The notes under the pieces were generated by a model that was given only the letters and a program-made list of their open reading frames with translations, was not told the DNA's origin and did no database searches. From contig CAMBRF010000003.1 in assembly GCA_945870225.1 (NCBI GenBank), positions 49,074-113,073 on the forward strand: a stretch of DNA of 64,000 nt, read 5' to 3'. How positions within the stretch are numbered: position 1 is the first letter of the stretch; each line of letters starts with the position of its first letter. Positions 38,972-48,468 of the stretch are shown piece by piece. The stretch comes from PVC group bacterium (lineage in GTDB: Bacteria > Verrucomicrobiota > Kiritimatiellia > CAIKKV01 > CAITUY01). Both the position numbers and the translations under genes were made by a program.

Positions 38972-39901
38972 CTATAGCTGCCGGAGAATCTGGAGGATGA
39001 TGGGACCTAACAGCACCAGGAAGACGGCGGGGAAAATAAAGGCCACCAGGGGGAAGAGCATCTTGACGGGGGCCTCGTTCGCCTGTTTTTCGGCGCGTTC
39101 AAACCGGCGGAGCCGCATCTGGTCGGCCTGGATCCGCAGAATCGCCGAAATCCCCACACCCAGCTCGTCGGCCTGTACCAGCGAGTTCACCACCATCCGG
39201 ATATCCGGATGATCAACCCGGTCGGCCATATCCTTCAGCGCCACGCGCCTTGTCTTGCCGAGCTGGATCTCACGGAGCACCCGGACAAATTCTTCACCGA
39301 GGGCATCCAGCCGGCGGCGTTCGACGATCCGCTGCATGGCACTCATGAAATCCAGGCCCGCCTCAACCGAAAGCGTCAACAGGTCCAGCATGAAGGGCAG
39401 TGAACGCTGGATGTCTCGATGCCGTGCGGCTAATGTGCTCCTGAGCCACAGGCCCGGCTGCACATAAAACGCGAGCACCATCACCAGGCACAGAACGCCC
39501 TGATGGCCCCGCAGAACCAGTCCCGCCCGGCCGGGGATCATGGCGAGAAAGGCCCACACCGCCGCTGCCGTTAACACGCCCAGAACCGAGGGAATAAGCA
39601 GTTTGAGCGCTAGGAATTCCTCCGAGGTCAATGCCCCTGAATATCCCGCCGCCACCAGTTTACGCGTGAGTTGGCTGTTGGCTTTTTCAAAATAGGCACG
39701 TCGGAAGAAGGGAACAACGTTCGGTGCCAACGGCAAAAGAAGCCTGAAGGCGAAGGGAAGCCGCCGTTCCTGCCGCCGCCCGTCGGCCAGCGTCACATAG
39801 GTGGCCTGCCTGAGGATCTGGCCGCAATACCAGGTCGCGCAGCCGGCAAAAACCGCCCATAACAGGCTCAGAAGGATAACACTTAATGAGGTTCCATTCA
39901 T
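38972..39901 (-). CDS. tadC: Tad inner-membrane platform protein TadC
   Basis: LPFMLDLLTLSVEAGL, QADELG, AEKQANEAPVKMLFPL. Confidence 0.92.
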   Translation of the reverse strand: MNGTSLSVILLSLLWAVFAGCATWYCGQILRQATYVTLADGRRQERRLPFAFRLLLPLAPNVVPFFRRAYFEKANSQLTRKLVAAGYSGALTSEEFLALKLLIPSVLGVLTAAAVWAFLAMIPGRAGLVLRGHQGVLCLVMVLAFYVQPGLWLRSTLAARHRDIQRSLPFMLDLLTLSVEAGLDFMSAMQRIVERRRLDALGEEFVRVLREIQLGKTRRVALKDMADRVDHPDIRMVVNSLVQADELGVGISAILRIQADQMRLRRFERAEKQANEAPVKMLFPLVAFIFPAVFLVLLGPIILQILRQL

Positions 39902-39903
39902 GA

Positions 39904-40791
39904 TCAGACGTCAATGTGAATAATCTTACGAATTACCAGGATGCCCAGAACCTCCAACACGCCCACGGCAATCATCACCGATATCCCCAGCCAGGAACGA
40001 AAGAAAGCCACCATCATGGCGGGATCGAGGAAGAACATGGCCACCCCCAGCAGAAGCGGCATGAGCCCGACCACAATGCCCTGAAGACGTCCCTGGGCCG
40101 TCAGCGTACGGATCCGCTGTTCGATGCGCATGCGCTCGCGGATCGTATGGGCGATCTTCTCGAACACTTCCGTCAGGTTGCCGCCGGTCTGCCGGGCAAT
40201 CTCGACAGCCGAGACCATCAGGGCCAGGTCTTCGCTCCCCACCCTCGACTGCAAACTCTCCAATCCATCCTCCATGCTCATCCCCACGCGCATCTGATGC
40301 AGGAACGTTGAAAACTCCTGTGAAATAGGGTTTTGTCCCTCCCTCACAATGAGTTCGAGGGCCTGCTGAATGCTGAACCCCGCCTTGAGGGCGTTGCTCA
40401 TATTGACTAGGCAGTCGACGAGTTGGAGGTTGAATCGCTGCAACCGCCGCTTTTTCATGATCTTGAGGATGGTCCGGGGAATGTTCCATCCGATAACGGC
40501 ACAAAGGAGCCCGAAGAACACTCCGGCCAGAAAGGCCCAACGGCTCACCCCACCCACAAGCAAAAAGCCCAGCATGAAACATACGGCCGAGGAGGCGTAA
40601 GCCAACTCCAAAATCCGTCGCGCCGGAATAAAGAGGAACAAATCCTCCATCTGGCGCGTCGCGCTCTCCGCGTAGGCGGAAGCGTACTCCTGCGCCGTGG
40701 ACTGGAACGACTGAAGAATGAAATACGTCAATCCGCCCAGGCTGAGCATGTACAGCGACGGAATCATCCATAAAGCTATTGTCGTATCCAT
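39904..40791 (-). CDS. tadB: Tad inner-membrane platform protein TadB
   Basis: ALKAGFSI.QAL, QTGGNLTEVF, IRTLTAQGRL. Confidence 0.92.
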   Translation of the reverse strand: MDTTIALWMIPSLYMLSLGGLTYFILQSFQSTAQEYASAYAESATRQMEDLFLFIPARRILELAYASSAVCFMLGFLLVGGVSRWAFLAGVFFGLLCAVIGWNIPRTILKIMKKRRLQRFNLQLVDCLVNMSNALKAGFSIQQALELIVREGQNPISQEFSTFLHQMRVGMSMEDGLESLQSRVGSEDLALMVSAVEIARQTGGNLTEVFEKIAHTIRERMRIEQRIRTLTAQGRLQGIVVGLMPLLLGVAMFFLDPAMMVAFFRSWLGISVMIAVGVLEVLGILVIRKIIHIDV

Positions 40792-40797
40792 ATCGTC

Positions 40798-42504
40798 CTA
40801 CCGTTGCGGATCGAACATTGTTTGATCCACCTTCACCCCGCGGGCGCGCATGCCATCCAGGAAGGTCGGCACCGCACCTGTCGGCGAGAACTTCCCCACC
40901 AGCTTGCCCGCGGCATCGACCCCTTTTTGCTCATACACAAAAATATCCTGCATGGTCGTCCGGTCCCCTTCCAGGCCGACCACTTCGGTAATGTTGACGA
41001 CCTTGCGCGATCCATCGCCAAAGCGCGATTCCTGCACGATGAGGTCCACGGCCGAGGAGATCTGTTCGCGGATGGCCCGAACGGGTAGATCCATGCCCGA
41101 CATGAGCACCAGCGTCTCCAGGCGGGAAATACTGTCCCGCGGCGAATTTGCATGGACCGTGGTCAGGGAGCCATCGTGCCCGGTATTCATGGCCTGCAAC
41201 ATGTCCAGCGCCTCGCCGCCGCGGCACTCACCCACCAGAATGCGATCGGGCCGCATGCGCAGGGCGTTACGGACAAGATCCCGGATGGAGATGGCGCCCT
41301 TGCCTTCGATATTGGGCGGACGGGCCTCCAGCGACACCACGTGTTCCTGCTTCAATTGCAATTCCGCGGCATCCTCGATCGTGATAATCCGGTCGGACTC
41401 CGGCACAAACCCGCCCAGCACATTCAGCAGCGTGGTTTTACCCGAACCCGTCCCGCCCGACACCACGATGTTCTTGCGGGCCAACACGGCGGCCTTAAGA
41501 AAATCACGCATGGGTGCCGTCCAGGTTCCCAACCGAATGAGATCATCATCGGTTAAGGGCACCTTGGAAAACTTGCGGATCGTAATGCAGGGGCCGGTCA
41601 GGGAAAGGGGATGAATAACGGCGTTGACCCGGGACCCGTCGCGCAGGCGGGCATCGACATAAGGCTGGCTTTCGTCGATACGCCGCCCCAGCGGCGAAAC
41701 AATCCGCTCGATAACCGCCAGGACCGACTTGTCATCGAGAAAGGTTTTATCCGTGAGTTCGATTTTGCCCTTCCGCTCGACATACACACGGGTAGGACCA
41801 TTCACCATGATTTCCGTGACAGTCGTGTCGGCTAACAAGTCTTCGAGAGGTCCCAACCCGACCGCCTCGTCATAAATTTCCTTGATCAAAACCTGCGCGG
41901 GAATCGCCAGGGGAAGCCGGGGTCCCACCTCGCTCACAATCCCCTCCAAGGTCGACAGGACGCGCTGATGTAAAGCGCTTTCCTCCATATGGGACGCGGT
42001 CAGCCGCTTGATATCCAACCGTTCGAGCAACTCCTTGAGAATCTGCTGTTTGATCGTCTGCTTGAGCGTCAGCAGGCGCTCATCCCGCACGCCGCGTTCC
42101 GGCCGGGAGGACGATGCATCCACTTCGGGGACCACCGGAGCCGGAGCCGGCACCGGAAGGGAAACCGGAGCAGGATGAGACTCCTTGGGCGGACTGACCG
42201 ACTGGGCCGGTTCGGGTTTATCCCGGAAGAGTCTCAGCGTATAACCATCGACCCTGATATCCTGACCTTCGAGCACCTCGGCACGACCATGGACGGTCGT
42301 CCCGCTCAACAACGTTCCGCCCAGGGTGAGGTCCTCGACCCAGCAACTACCCGGCCGCAAACACAGGATGGCATGCCGTCCCGCCACCTTCGGACCGGCC
42401 AGAACAATTTGGTTCTCAAGATCGGAGCCCAGCGAATAAATGCCGGGCCGCAGTTCGCGGATCTGCTTCGAGCCCTCCGCTTTGCCGATCTCCAGATACA
42501 TCAT
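40798..42504 (-). CDS. cpaF: TadA/CpaF secretion ATPase with N-terminal FHA-like domain
   Basis: GLGPLE, EIMVNG, DARLRDGSRVN, Walker A GGTGSGKTT, IEDAAEL, LRMRPDRILVGECRG, AMNTGHDGSLTTVHAN. Confidence 0.95.
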   Translation of the reverse strand: MMYLEIGKAEGSKQIRELRPGIYSLGSDLENQIVLAGPKVAGRHAILCLRPGSCWVEDLTLGGTLLSGTTVHGRAEVLEGQDIRVDGYTLRLFRDKPEPAQSVSPPKESHPAPVSLPVPAPAPVVPEVDASSSRPERGVRDERLLTLKQTIKQQILKELLERLDIKRLTASHMEESALHQRVLSTLEGIVSEVGPRLPLAIPAQVLIKEIYDEAVGLGPLEDLLADTTVTEIMVNGPTRVYVERKGKIELTDKTFLDDKSVLAVIERIVSPLGRRIDESQPYVDARLRDGSRVNAVIHPLSLTGPCITIRKFSKVPLTDDDLIRLGTWTAPMRDFLKAAVLARKNIVVSGGTGSGKTTLLNVLGGFVPESDRIITIEDAAELQLKQEHVVSLEARPPNIEGKGAISIRDLVRNALRMRPDRILVGECRGGEALDMLQAMNTGHDGSLTTVHANSPRDSISRLETLVLMSGMDLPVRAIREQISSAVDLIVQESRFGDGSRKVVNITEVVGLEGDRTTMQDIFVYEQKGVDAAGKLVGKFSPTGAVPTFLDGMRARGVKVDQTMFDPQR

Positions 42505-42546
42505 GCTTCTCCAAATGAGACGATCAGGTTCCCGTTTCGCCCTTCA

Positions 42547-43371
42547 TCAATAACCGACTTTGCGGCGGATCTTCTCCTGACGGTGGGCATTGAGTTCGGG
42601 AAGCTCCTTTTCCAACATATCGAAATTGATCTCGGGCAGATCGCGTTCAAACGTTACATCGGAGGGGTTACGCAACGATAGGGTCAGATGGCCCCTTATA
42701 TTTTCCACAAACACCAGCAGCTCGGCTTCGCGCGGGGTTACCTCAACCGTAATCGTACTGTATCCGGCGGACGAACGAACCCGGTCGTTGCCCTCCCCGA
42801 TCTGCTTGCCGAGCGTCTGACCCGTGGCGAGAACGGTTACATCCTGGAGGACCGTCAGGGTGACCCATTCCATCTGCTGGGGATTCTTGCGGGAGGGGAA
42901 CGAAAACGAACCCAGTACATCAACACGGTCGTTCGGCTGGACGAGGCCACTCACGCCCGCAGAACCGCCGATCGACATGGAGATGGCCCGCATTCCGGGG
43001 GCAATCGTCGGGGCCAACCCCGACCCTGGGCGGAAGGGAACGTCAACGTACGACCACAGCAAGGTTTCCTCGGCATCCATGCTGTACTTGAGTTTTTTGC
43101 CCAACAACTGATCCAGGTTCTCAGGGAGGACGGTATTCTTGCCGACTTCGCGGGCCAGCGTGCTTTTGACGGCCAGATCTTTCTTCAGAAGGACCGTCCC
43201 CTCGGGCAGGGCGCGTTTGGCTGCCACCACATCGGCACGGCGCTCACTAAGCAGCAGGCGTTCCCTCTCTTTTTCGATATCGCCAAGTCTGGCCTGGAAA
43301 TATTCCCTCGTGAGCCAAAACGCCAGCAGAGCGACAACTACCGAGACAATCAGGACTATGCGTTGTTTCAT
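42547..43371 (-). CDS. cpaB: Flp pilus assembly protein CpaB/RcpC
   Basis: N-terminal TM, SAF-like VVAAKRALPEG, PGMRAISM, GLVQPNDRVDV, VLQDVTVLA, LSLRN. Confidence 0.92.
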   Translation of the reverse strand: MKQRIVLIVSVVVALLAFWLTREYFQARLGDIEKERERLLLSERRADVVAAKRALPEGTVLLKKDLAVKSTLAREVGKNTVLPENLDQLLGKKLKYSMDAEETLLWSYVDVPFRPGSGLAPTIAPGMRAISMSIGGSAGVSGLVQPNDRVDVLGSFSFPSRKNPQQMEWVTLTVLQDVTVLATGQTLGKQIGEGNDRVRSSAGYSTITVEVTPREAELLVFVENIRGHLTLSLRNPSDVTFERDLPEINFDMLEKELPELNAHRQEKIRRKVGY

Positions 43372-43390
43372 AAAGGCCTTCCCCTGTCAT

Positions 43391-44122
43391 TCACTTCAAA
43401 GCGCCCTGCTTATGTAGCAGGGCCACCCGCGTTTCACCATCCGAATCTGCACGTTTAACCTGAACACAACAAATATCCGCCCCCCTCATAAAAAAGAATA
43501 TCCCGTCCCCTGCCCCGGGGCGGGATGGCATAACCGATGTCCAACCGGCCTGTTTCAGGGCCGTTTCATAATAAGCAACTACATCGGCGATCTGGGCGGG
43601 GGCGATCAACGTCTCCCATCCCACCCGCGTGTCTTCATTCTTCATATACCCTGTGACCCGGCTTCCGGATGGAGCGGGAAGCTCTTTCAGCTCATGATTC
43701 AGAACCCGGGAGCGACCGGCGGCGGTCTCCGCCTGCGCCTGCTCCGTGACCACCATGACTCCGGTGGCCGGATTTCCCCCGGGAACAAGCGCCAGCAGCC
43801 GCACCTTCTTCCCCATCCCGGTTATCTCGCCCAGGCCCAGGGTCTCTCCGGCCTCAAAGCGCACGGAATCGCCCTGACTGGACAGAACCCGCCGCCGCAG
43901 GTCATCCAGTCCCTCGCGCAGGGAGACCACGCTCACGTCAGCCTGTCCGCCGTTGATGCGCATCAGGGTTTTATAGAGGCGTTTACCGAATTCCTCCGCC
44001 GCGAAAACGGAATGCCCCGACGTCCGCCCCATAAAACGAGACACCCGGGCCTGCAACAGGGTGGCAGGCAGGCAGATGGCCAGAATGACAAGGCCGACCA
44101 GATATGGGCGACTTCTTCGCAT
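43391..44122 (-). CDS. Exported hypothetical protein in the Tad operon
   Basis: Signal-like MRRSRPYLVGLVILAICLPATLLQA; tightly packed between tadE-like gene and cpaB. Confidence 0.75.
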   Translation of the reverse strand: MRRSRPYLVGLVILAICLPATLLQARVSRFMGRTSGHSVFAAEEFGKRLYKTLMRINGGQADVSVVSLREGLDDLRRRVLSSQGDSVRFEAGETLGLGEITGMGKKVRLLALVPGGNPATGVMVVTEQAQAETAAGRSRVLNHELKELPAPSGSRVTGYMKNEDTRVGWETLIAPAQIADVVAYYETALKQAGWTSVMPSRPGAGDGIFFFMRGADICCVQVKRADSDGETRVALLHKQGALK

Positions 44123-44124
44123 CG

Positions 44125-44703
44125 TCAATAAATTCCCTTGGTCCACGTCAACCAGGCCTTCCCCTCGACCTCAACCTCATCGGAATGATAGAGAAGCGTC
44201 CGGATGATAGGCAAAAGCGGCAGCGTGGCTCGGGATTCGCCCTCCACCAACCCGAACTGCAAGCAAGGGAAGGAACTGCCGTTGAGTTCGCTAAACGCAT
44301 TGCCTGACCGCTTCCATTCAAGATCGGCAGGGCGGGAGTACCCGACGATTCGTGACTGAAAGGCCCCACTATCCCCTCGGAGAAACCCATCATCACGTGA
44401 GTAACGGGCATCATCTTCACCCAGTTCCCGATCGGCGATGAACTCGGGGCCGGAGAACGAGGACACCTCCAACATGGCCTTTGCCCCGGCCTGTCTTCGT
44501 GCGTCCGTCATGGCCCGCGTACGCAAAAGTCCCAACAAGGATATCTGGATGATCCCAGCCACCAGCACCAGTAGCACCACCAGGGCCACGATCAGTTCCG
44601 TCAACGCCTGACCACTCCGGCTCGCGCGCCAGGGCTGCCTGACCTTCTGGACCGAAGCAGAGACTTCTGCCTTGTTCCTGTTATCATTGTGGTCCTTGCT
44701 CAT
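44125..44703 (-). CDS. TadE-like minor pilin
   Basis: Prepilin motif RSG|QALTE followed by hydrophobic helix. Confidence 0.8.
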   Translation of the reverse strand: MSKDHNDNRNKAEVSASVQKVRQPWRASRSGQALTELIVALVVLLVLVAGIIQISLLGLLRTRAMTDARRQAGAKAMLEVSSFSGPEFIADRELGEDDARYSRDDGFLRGDSGAFQSRIVGYSRPADLEWKRSGNAFSELNGSSFPCLQFGLVEGESRATLPLLPIIRTLLYHSDEVEVEGKAWLTWTKGIY

Positions 44704-44727
44704 GGTTAATAACCTTTCAGCTGGGGT

Positions 44728-46131
44728 TCAATGCCCCCGCCGACTTCCCCCGCCCCTGCTGCCTGGCCCGCCCCCGTAGGTTCGGCAGGTACTGCTGAAC
44801 TTCTTCAGCCAGTCGATGCCGGTCAACCGGAAATCCGCATTTTCCCACACAACCAACTGCTGGCAATACCAGCAGTATTTCGGCAGACCAAAAGGGCCCT
44901 TTTCCTGGTAATCCGGAAGATGACCCTCAATATGCTCGCGCCAGTCCAGATCGAAGGCGCCCCCCGCAGGGGCGGACGACGCGTCCACCGGGATCAGACG
45001 CACCTCATGAAAAGCCGGCAGAACCAATTCGTAGGCATTGGGCCGTTCATCCCCCTCAAGGTAACCAAAAGGCTTCGCCGCAGCCGTCCACGTGATCTGG
45101 CTCGTCCGGGAGCCGGGAGTCACGCGCGTGGCCTGAGTCTCCACCCGTGCGGCGGCATCTGCCCCGGCATAATCGTACTGCGGCTTAACGGGTCCCGTCG
45201 CGGGGAACTGCACCTCGCCAAACGGCGATATTGCCGTCCAAGGGCCCCACGCCCCCCCCTCGTAACAATACCAGGACGATGTGACGGCCGTCACCGTATT
45301 GGAGATGACCTGATCGCTTAGTCGACGGTCCTCCCGCAAGGCATTCATCAAAGTCACCACCGATGTATCACTAATAACAGTCCTCTTTGTCAGTCCCAGC
45401 CCGAAATACTCGCTGTTCATCGGATCAACATGGGGCAATTTTCCCGGCAGCGGAGGCCACCATGAAAAGTCCGTATAGTTCAACAAAACCTCATAGGCGT
45501 TGTGGAAGAACCAGCACCACTCTGCCCCGGCGATGGCATCGTAAAAACTAACATCAAGAAGCAGATGTCCCCCGGCAAAGTCGGAGTAGAGCCGTGCATT
45601 ATCGGGCCCTGCCGCCACCCCGTTATCCGCCACAACGGTGATCATGTCCGCATATTCCTCCCAGCAATTGGAATAGGGCTCTTGAAAAAGCATGAGGCCG
45701 TCCGGACCTAAGGCCGTGTATTCAAATCGTACGGTATCCGCATGTTGTCGGATCCGCCTGGTAAAACGTTCATTAACGAAAACGCCGTTGTTCTTGGCCG
45801 CCTGCTGGGCGGCTACAAGTCCGACCATGGGCCCCACATAACACAGGCGCGCCTGCATGTCGTTAATGTCCGACGCCATGCTGGCATCACCCTGCGTTAA
45901 TGCCACCGCCTGCATGATATTCAAATCGCCAATGAGATTCAGGGTGATTCCCTGCCATCGTGCACCAACCAAGGCCGCCGCATCCCCCGCATTCTGGCTA
46001 AGCGATTTTACATAGACGATTTTATGAAGATCGAAGTTCCAAAACGCCACAAACGCCAGGATCAGCAGCGCCATGATCAGAAAAATCATGACCTGCCCTC
46101 CGCGTTTGTCGTTTATACCACCGGCCATCAT
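44728..46131 (-). CDS. TadG-like large pilin / putative tip protein
   Basis: RGG|QVMIF, hydrophobic helix, QNAGDAAAL Tad motif; Cys-containing C-terminal region. Confidence 0.8.
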   Translation of the reverse strand: MMAGGINDKRGGQVMIFLIMALLILAFVAFWNFDLHKIVYVKSLSQNAGDAAALVGARWQGITLNLIGDLNIMQAVALTQGDASMASDINDMQARLCYVGPMVGLVAAQQAAKNNGVFVNERFTRRIRQHADTVRFEYTALGPDGLMLFQEPYSNCWEEYADMITVVADNGVAAGPDNARLYSDFAGGHLLLDVSFYDAIAGAEWCWFFHNAYEVLLNYTDFSWWPPLPGKLPHVDPMNSEYFGLGLTKRTVISDTSVVTLMNALREDRRLSDQVISNTVTAVTSSWYCYEGGAWGPWTAISPFGEVQFPATGPVKPQYDYAGADAAARVETQATRVTPGSRTSQITWTAAAKPFGYLEGDERPNAYELVLPAFHEVRLIPVDASSAPAGGAFDLDWREHIEGHLPDYQEKGPFGLPKYCWYCQQLVVWENADFRLTGIDWLKKFSSTCRTYGGGPGSRGGGSRRGH

Positions 46132-46718
46132 CACCAGCCCCGATCATCAAGGTAAAGCGTGTAGTGATTATCCAGACAGGACTCCCCCGTCATATCCACC
46201 GAATCTGCAGCATAGAAAGTTCGATGAAAAGGATAACGCAGAGGCACCTCTTGTCTGATTTTCAGCCGCAACGTCCCGTCCACCAACGCCGCCGTCGAAA
46301 GCAGGTGAACGTCTTGCGGAGTACCCCAATCCTCATATTTGAGGATAGGATCCAGGTCTCCAAAATCCTCGGCCCCCATATAGAGCGGAATCCGAGCCGC
46401 CTCAAGGGTCTGCTGAACAGCGGGACCTTTTTCGTGAACCGGGTTGATCAACCGCCCGGCATTGGGAATGGATCCCACGCGAATGGTCTTAAAAACCATG
46501 AACCGGTTAAACCCGACCACACTGGCACGAGCCCCTCGGGCGGCCGCATAGTGGAGGACTTCCTGTCGGGCAAAAAGCTGCGAGATCTGAAACACACCGA
46601 AGAAGGCAATGCAGACAATAATCAGAACGAGGCAGGACTCGATTAACGACTGCCCCGACCGGCTCACTGTGGAGCGCCGGGGACCCCCGAAAACGCCCCT
46701 GTGAGGGAAAACGGGCAC
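46131..46718 (-). CDS. TadE-like minor pilin
   Basis: RSG|QSLIE, hydrophobic helix, YAAARGAR. Confidence 0.82.
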   Translation of the reverse strand: MPVFPHRGVFGGPRRSTVSRSGQSLIESCLVLIIVCIAFFGVFQISQLFARQEVLHYAAARGARASVVGFNRFMVFKTIRVGSIPNAGRLINPVHEKGPAVQQTLEAARIPLYMGAEDFGDLDPILKYEDWGTPQDVHLLSTAALVDGTLRLKIRQEVPLRYPFHRTFYAADSVDMTGESCLDNHYTLYLDDRGW

Positions 46719-46744
46719 CGCGACACCTCCTGCCAGGCTCTAGC

Positions 46745-46957
46745 CTACTTCAAAGCCTTCATGTAATCAGCGGACTTTGTGTCCAATGCGGCATCCTTCT
46801 CGGTCGTGTCGCCGCCCAATTCCGTCACGGCCCCGCCCAGTTTGGCGCGGATGGTATCACCGAACACGCCGAAGATGGCAATCGCCGCCAAGGCGATAAT
46901 CGCCACGATGATGATGTATTCGACCATTCCCTGTCCGCTCTTGCTGTTCTTCTTCAT
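46745..46957 (-). CDS. Flp-type major pilin
   Basis: KSG|QGMVEYIIIVAIIA; 70 aa; strong purine-rich RBS. Confidence 0.9.
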   Translation of the reverse strand: MKKNSKSGQGMVEYIIIVAIIALAAIAIFGVFGDTIRAKLGGAVTELGGDTTEKDAALDTKSADYMKALK

Positions 46958-46974
46958 GCTCTGATTTCCTTCCC

Positions 46975-47139
46975 TTACGGGTACTCCGACCCCACCAGAT
47001 CCAAAACACGTGTTCCGTACTCACGGAACGTCACCAATAGCACCGTCAAGACCGCCAACGAGGCCAATACCATTCCGGCCACCACCACGAACTCAACCAT
47101 GGCCTGACCGCTCTTCCGGTAGTCCCCGTTCCCCGGCAT
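46975..47139 (-). CDS. Second small Flp/TadE-like pilin (54 aa; absent from ORF track)
   Basis: Manual translation MPGNGDYRKSG|QAMVEFVVVAGMVLASLAVLTVLLVTFREYGTRVLDLVGSEYP*; GGGGAG RBS. Confidence 0.85.
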   Translation of the reverse strand: MPGNGDYRKSGQAMVEFVVVAGMVLASLAVLTVLLVTFREYGTRVLDLVGSEYP

Positions 47140-47187
47140 GATGACTCCCCTTTATCTAACAAACGGAATGGTATCTCTAATATTGTG

Positions 47188-47216
47188 ATTGTAAACACCA
47201 GAAATCAGTGTCTCAA
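47188..47216 (-). promoter_or_regulatory. Sigma70 promoter for the Tad operon
   Basis: TTGAGA-N17-TACAAT. Confidence 0.65.
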
Positions 47217-48181
47217 CCGCCTGACGGCTTCAGTCCGGTTGCCGCGACGGCGAGAGCGGACAATTCACCGATCTTGCCACCCAATGAGCTGGGCACCACT
47301 TTACAGGCCCGACGCGGCCACTCCCAAGCATATTTCGGAAGTTTGTCGAGAATCGGTCCCATCACAAAATCCCCAGCATGAATCCCAATGGTTCCCATGA
47401 GGATGACCTCGGGGTTCAGGATCATGATCAGGTTGCCGACGCCCTGTGCCAAGCGATCGGTGAAGATATCCCACTCGGCCAGGGCGAAACGATCACCTTC
47501 ACGGGCCGCCGCTTCGAAAGCCTGAAGGTTGATTTTATCGAGGCCTCCAGCCTTGTTCACGATGCTGGTGGAGATATTACCGGCCTTGATCTTCGCCTTG
47601 AGTTGCTCCGCCACGTTGCGGCCGCCGACGTAAGCCTCCCAGCATCCCCTCTGACCGCAGCCACACAGGGGCCCCTCAGGATCCAGAACATGATGTCCCA
47701 CCTCCCCCCCCGTATCGGTAACCCCTTGGATCAACTGGCCGTTGACAATGATGCCACCACCCATGCCCGTGCTGAAGGTCAGGTAGACCAGGCTGCGCAC
47801 CCCTCGGTACGCCCCGAACAACAACTCGGCCAAAGCGCAGGCATTGGCGTCATTGTTGACAAAAACAGGCGCCTTAAAGGTCTTTTGCACCATGGCTTGG
47901 ATGGGAACATCCTTCCAACCGGGATTATTGGGCGGGGCAATCAGAACGCCCCGCTTGCAGTCCAACGGGCCCGGAGCAGAGATCCCGATGCCGTCCAGAT
48001 CCTCCGGCCTCAAATTCGCCTTCTCGACCACATGGTGGCACAATTCTATCAACTGATGCCGGTAAGCTTCCACGGATTCACTGGTGGTGGGGATCCGCTT
48101 TGAATAAAGGATTTTCCCGTCGGCGTGTCCGATACAGACCGCCGTCTTGGTTCCCCCGATGTCAATTCCAAGTAGGTTCAT
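47213..48181 (-). CDS. ROK family sugar kinase (glucokinase-like)
   Basis: GIDIGGTK, GISAPGP, NNDANACALAE, STGMGGG, GEVGH, CGCGQRGCWE; no HTH. Confidence 0.93.
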   Translation of the reverse strand: MNLLGIDIGGTKTAVCIGHADGKILYSKRIPTTSESVEAYRHQLIELCHHVVEKANLRPEDLDGIGISAPGPLDCKRGVLIAPPNNPGWKDVPIQAMVQKTFKAPVFVNNDANACALAELLFGAYRGVRSLVYLTFSTGMGGGIIVNGQLIQGVTDTGGEVGHHVLDPEGPLCGCGQRGCWEAYVGGRNVAEQLKAKIKAGNISTSIVNKAGGLDKINLQAFEAAAREGDRFALAEWDIFTDRLAQGVGNLIMILNPEVILMGTIGIHAGDFVMGPILDKLPKYAWEWPRRACKVVPSSLGGKIGELSALAVAATGLKPSGG

Positions 48182-48300
48182 ACTCGCCCTGTCCCGCCTC
48201 TAGCTCGTTTATGATTGATGGGTCAAACAAAACGCCTGAATGTAGCAGAATGCGCCGCCGTCCCGCACCAAGAAACGACCCTCGCCGAACAAAAACACCA

Positions 48301-48325
48301 TTCTGAATATCCCGTTAATCCTGTC
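48301..48325 (-). repeat. Dispersed intergenic repeat, copy 2
   Basis: Reverse complement gacaggattaacgggatattcagaa matches 37361-37385 at 21/25. Confidence 0.55.
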
Positions 48326-48468
48326 ATAATCCCCTGGGCTCTGCTGACTCTTTTGATGCGTTGACCCTGATTCAGACAACTCATCTTGACAAATATCCTG
48401 AAAATGGCCTGAATACTACGGATTCGGGGGGCGATCCGCCCGTCGAGCGCAAGGAAGAGGGGGGACTC

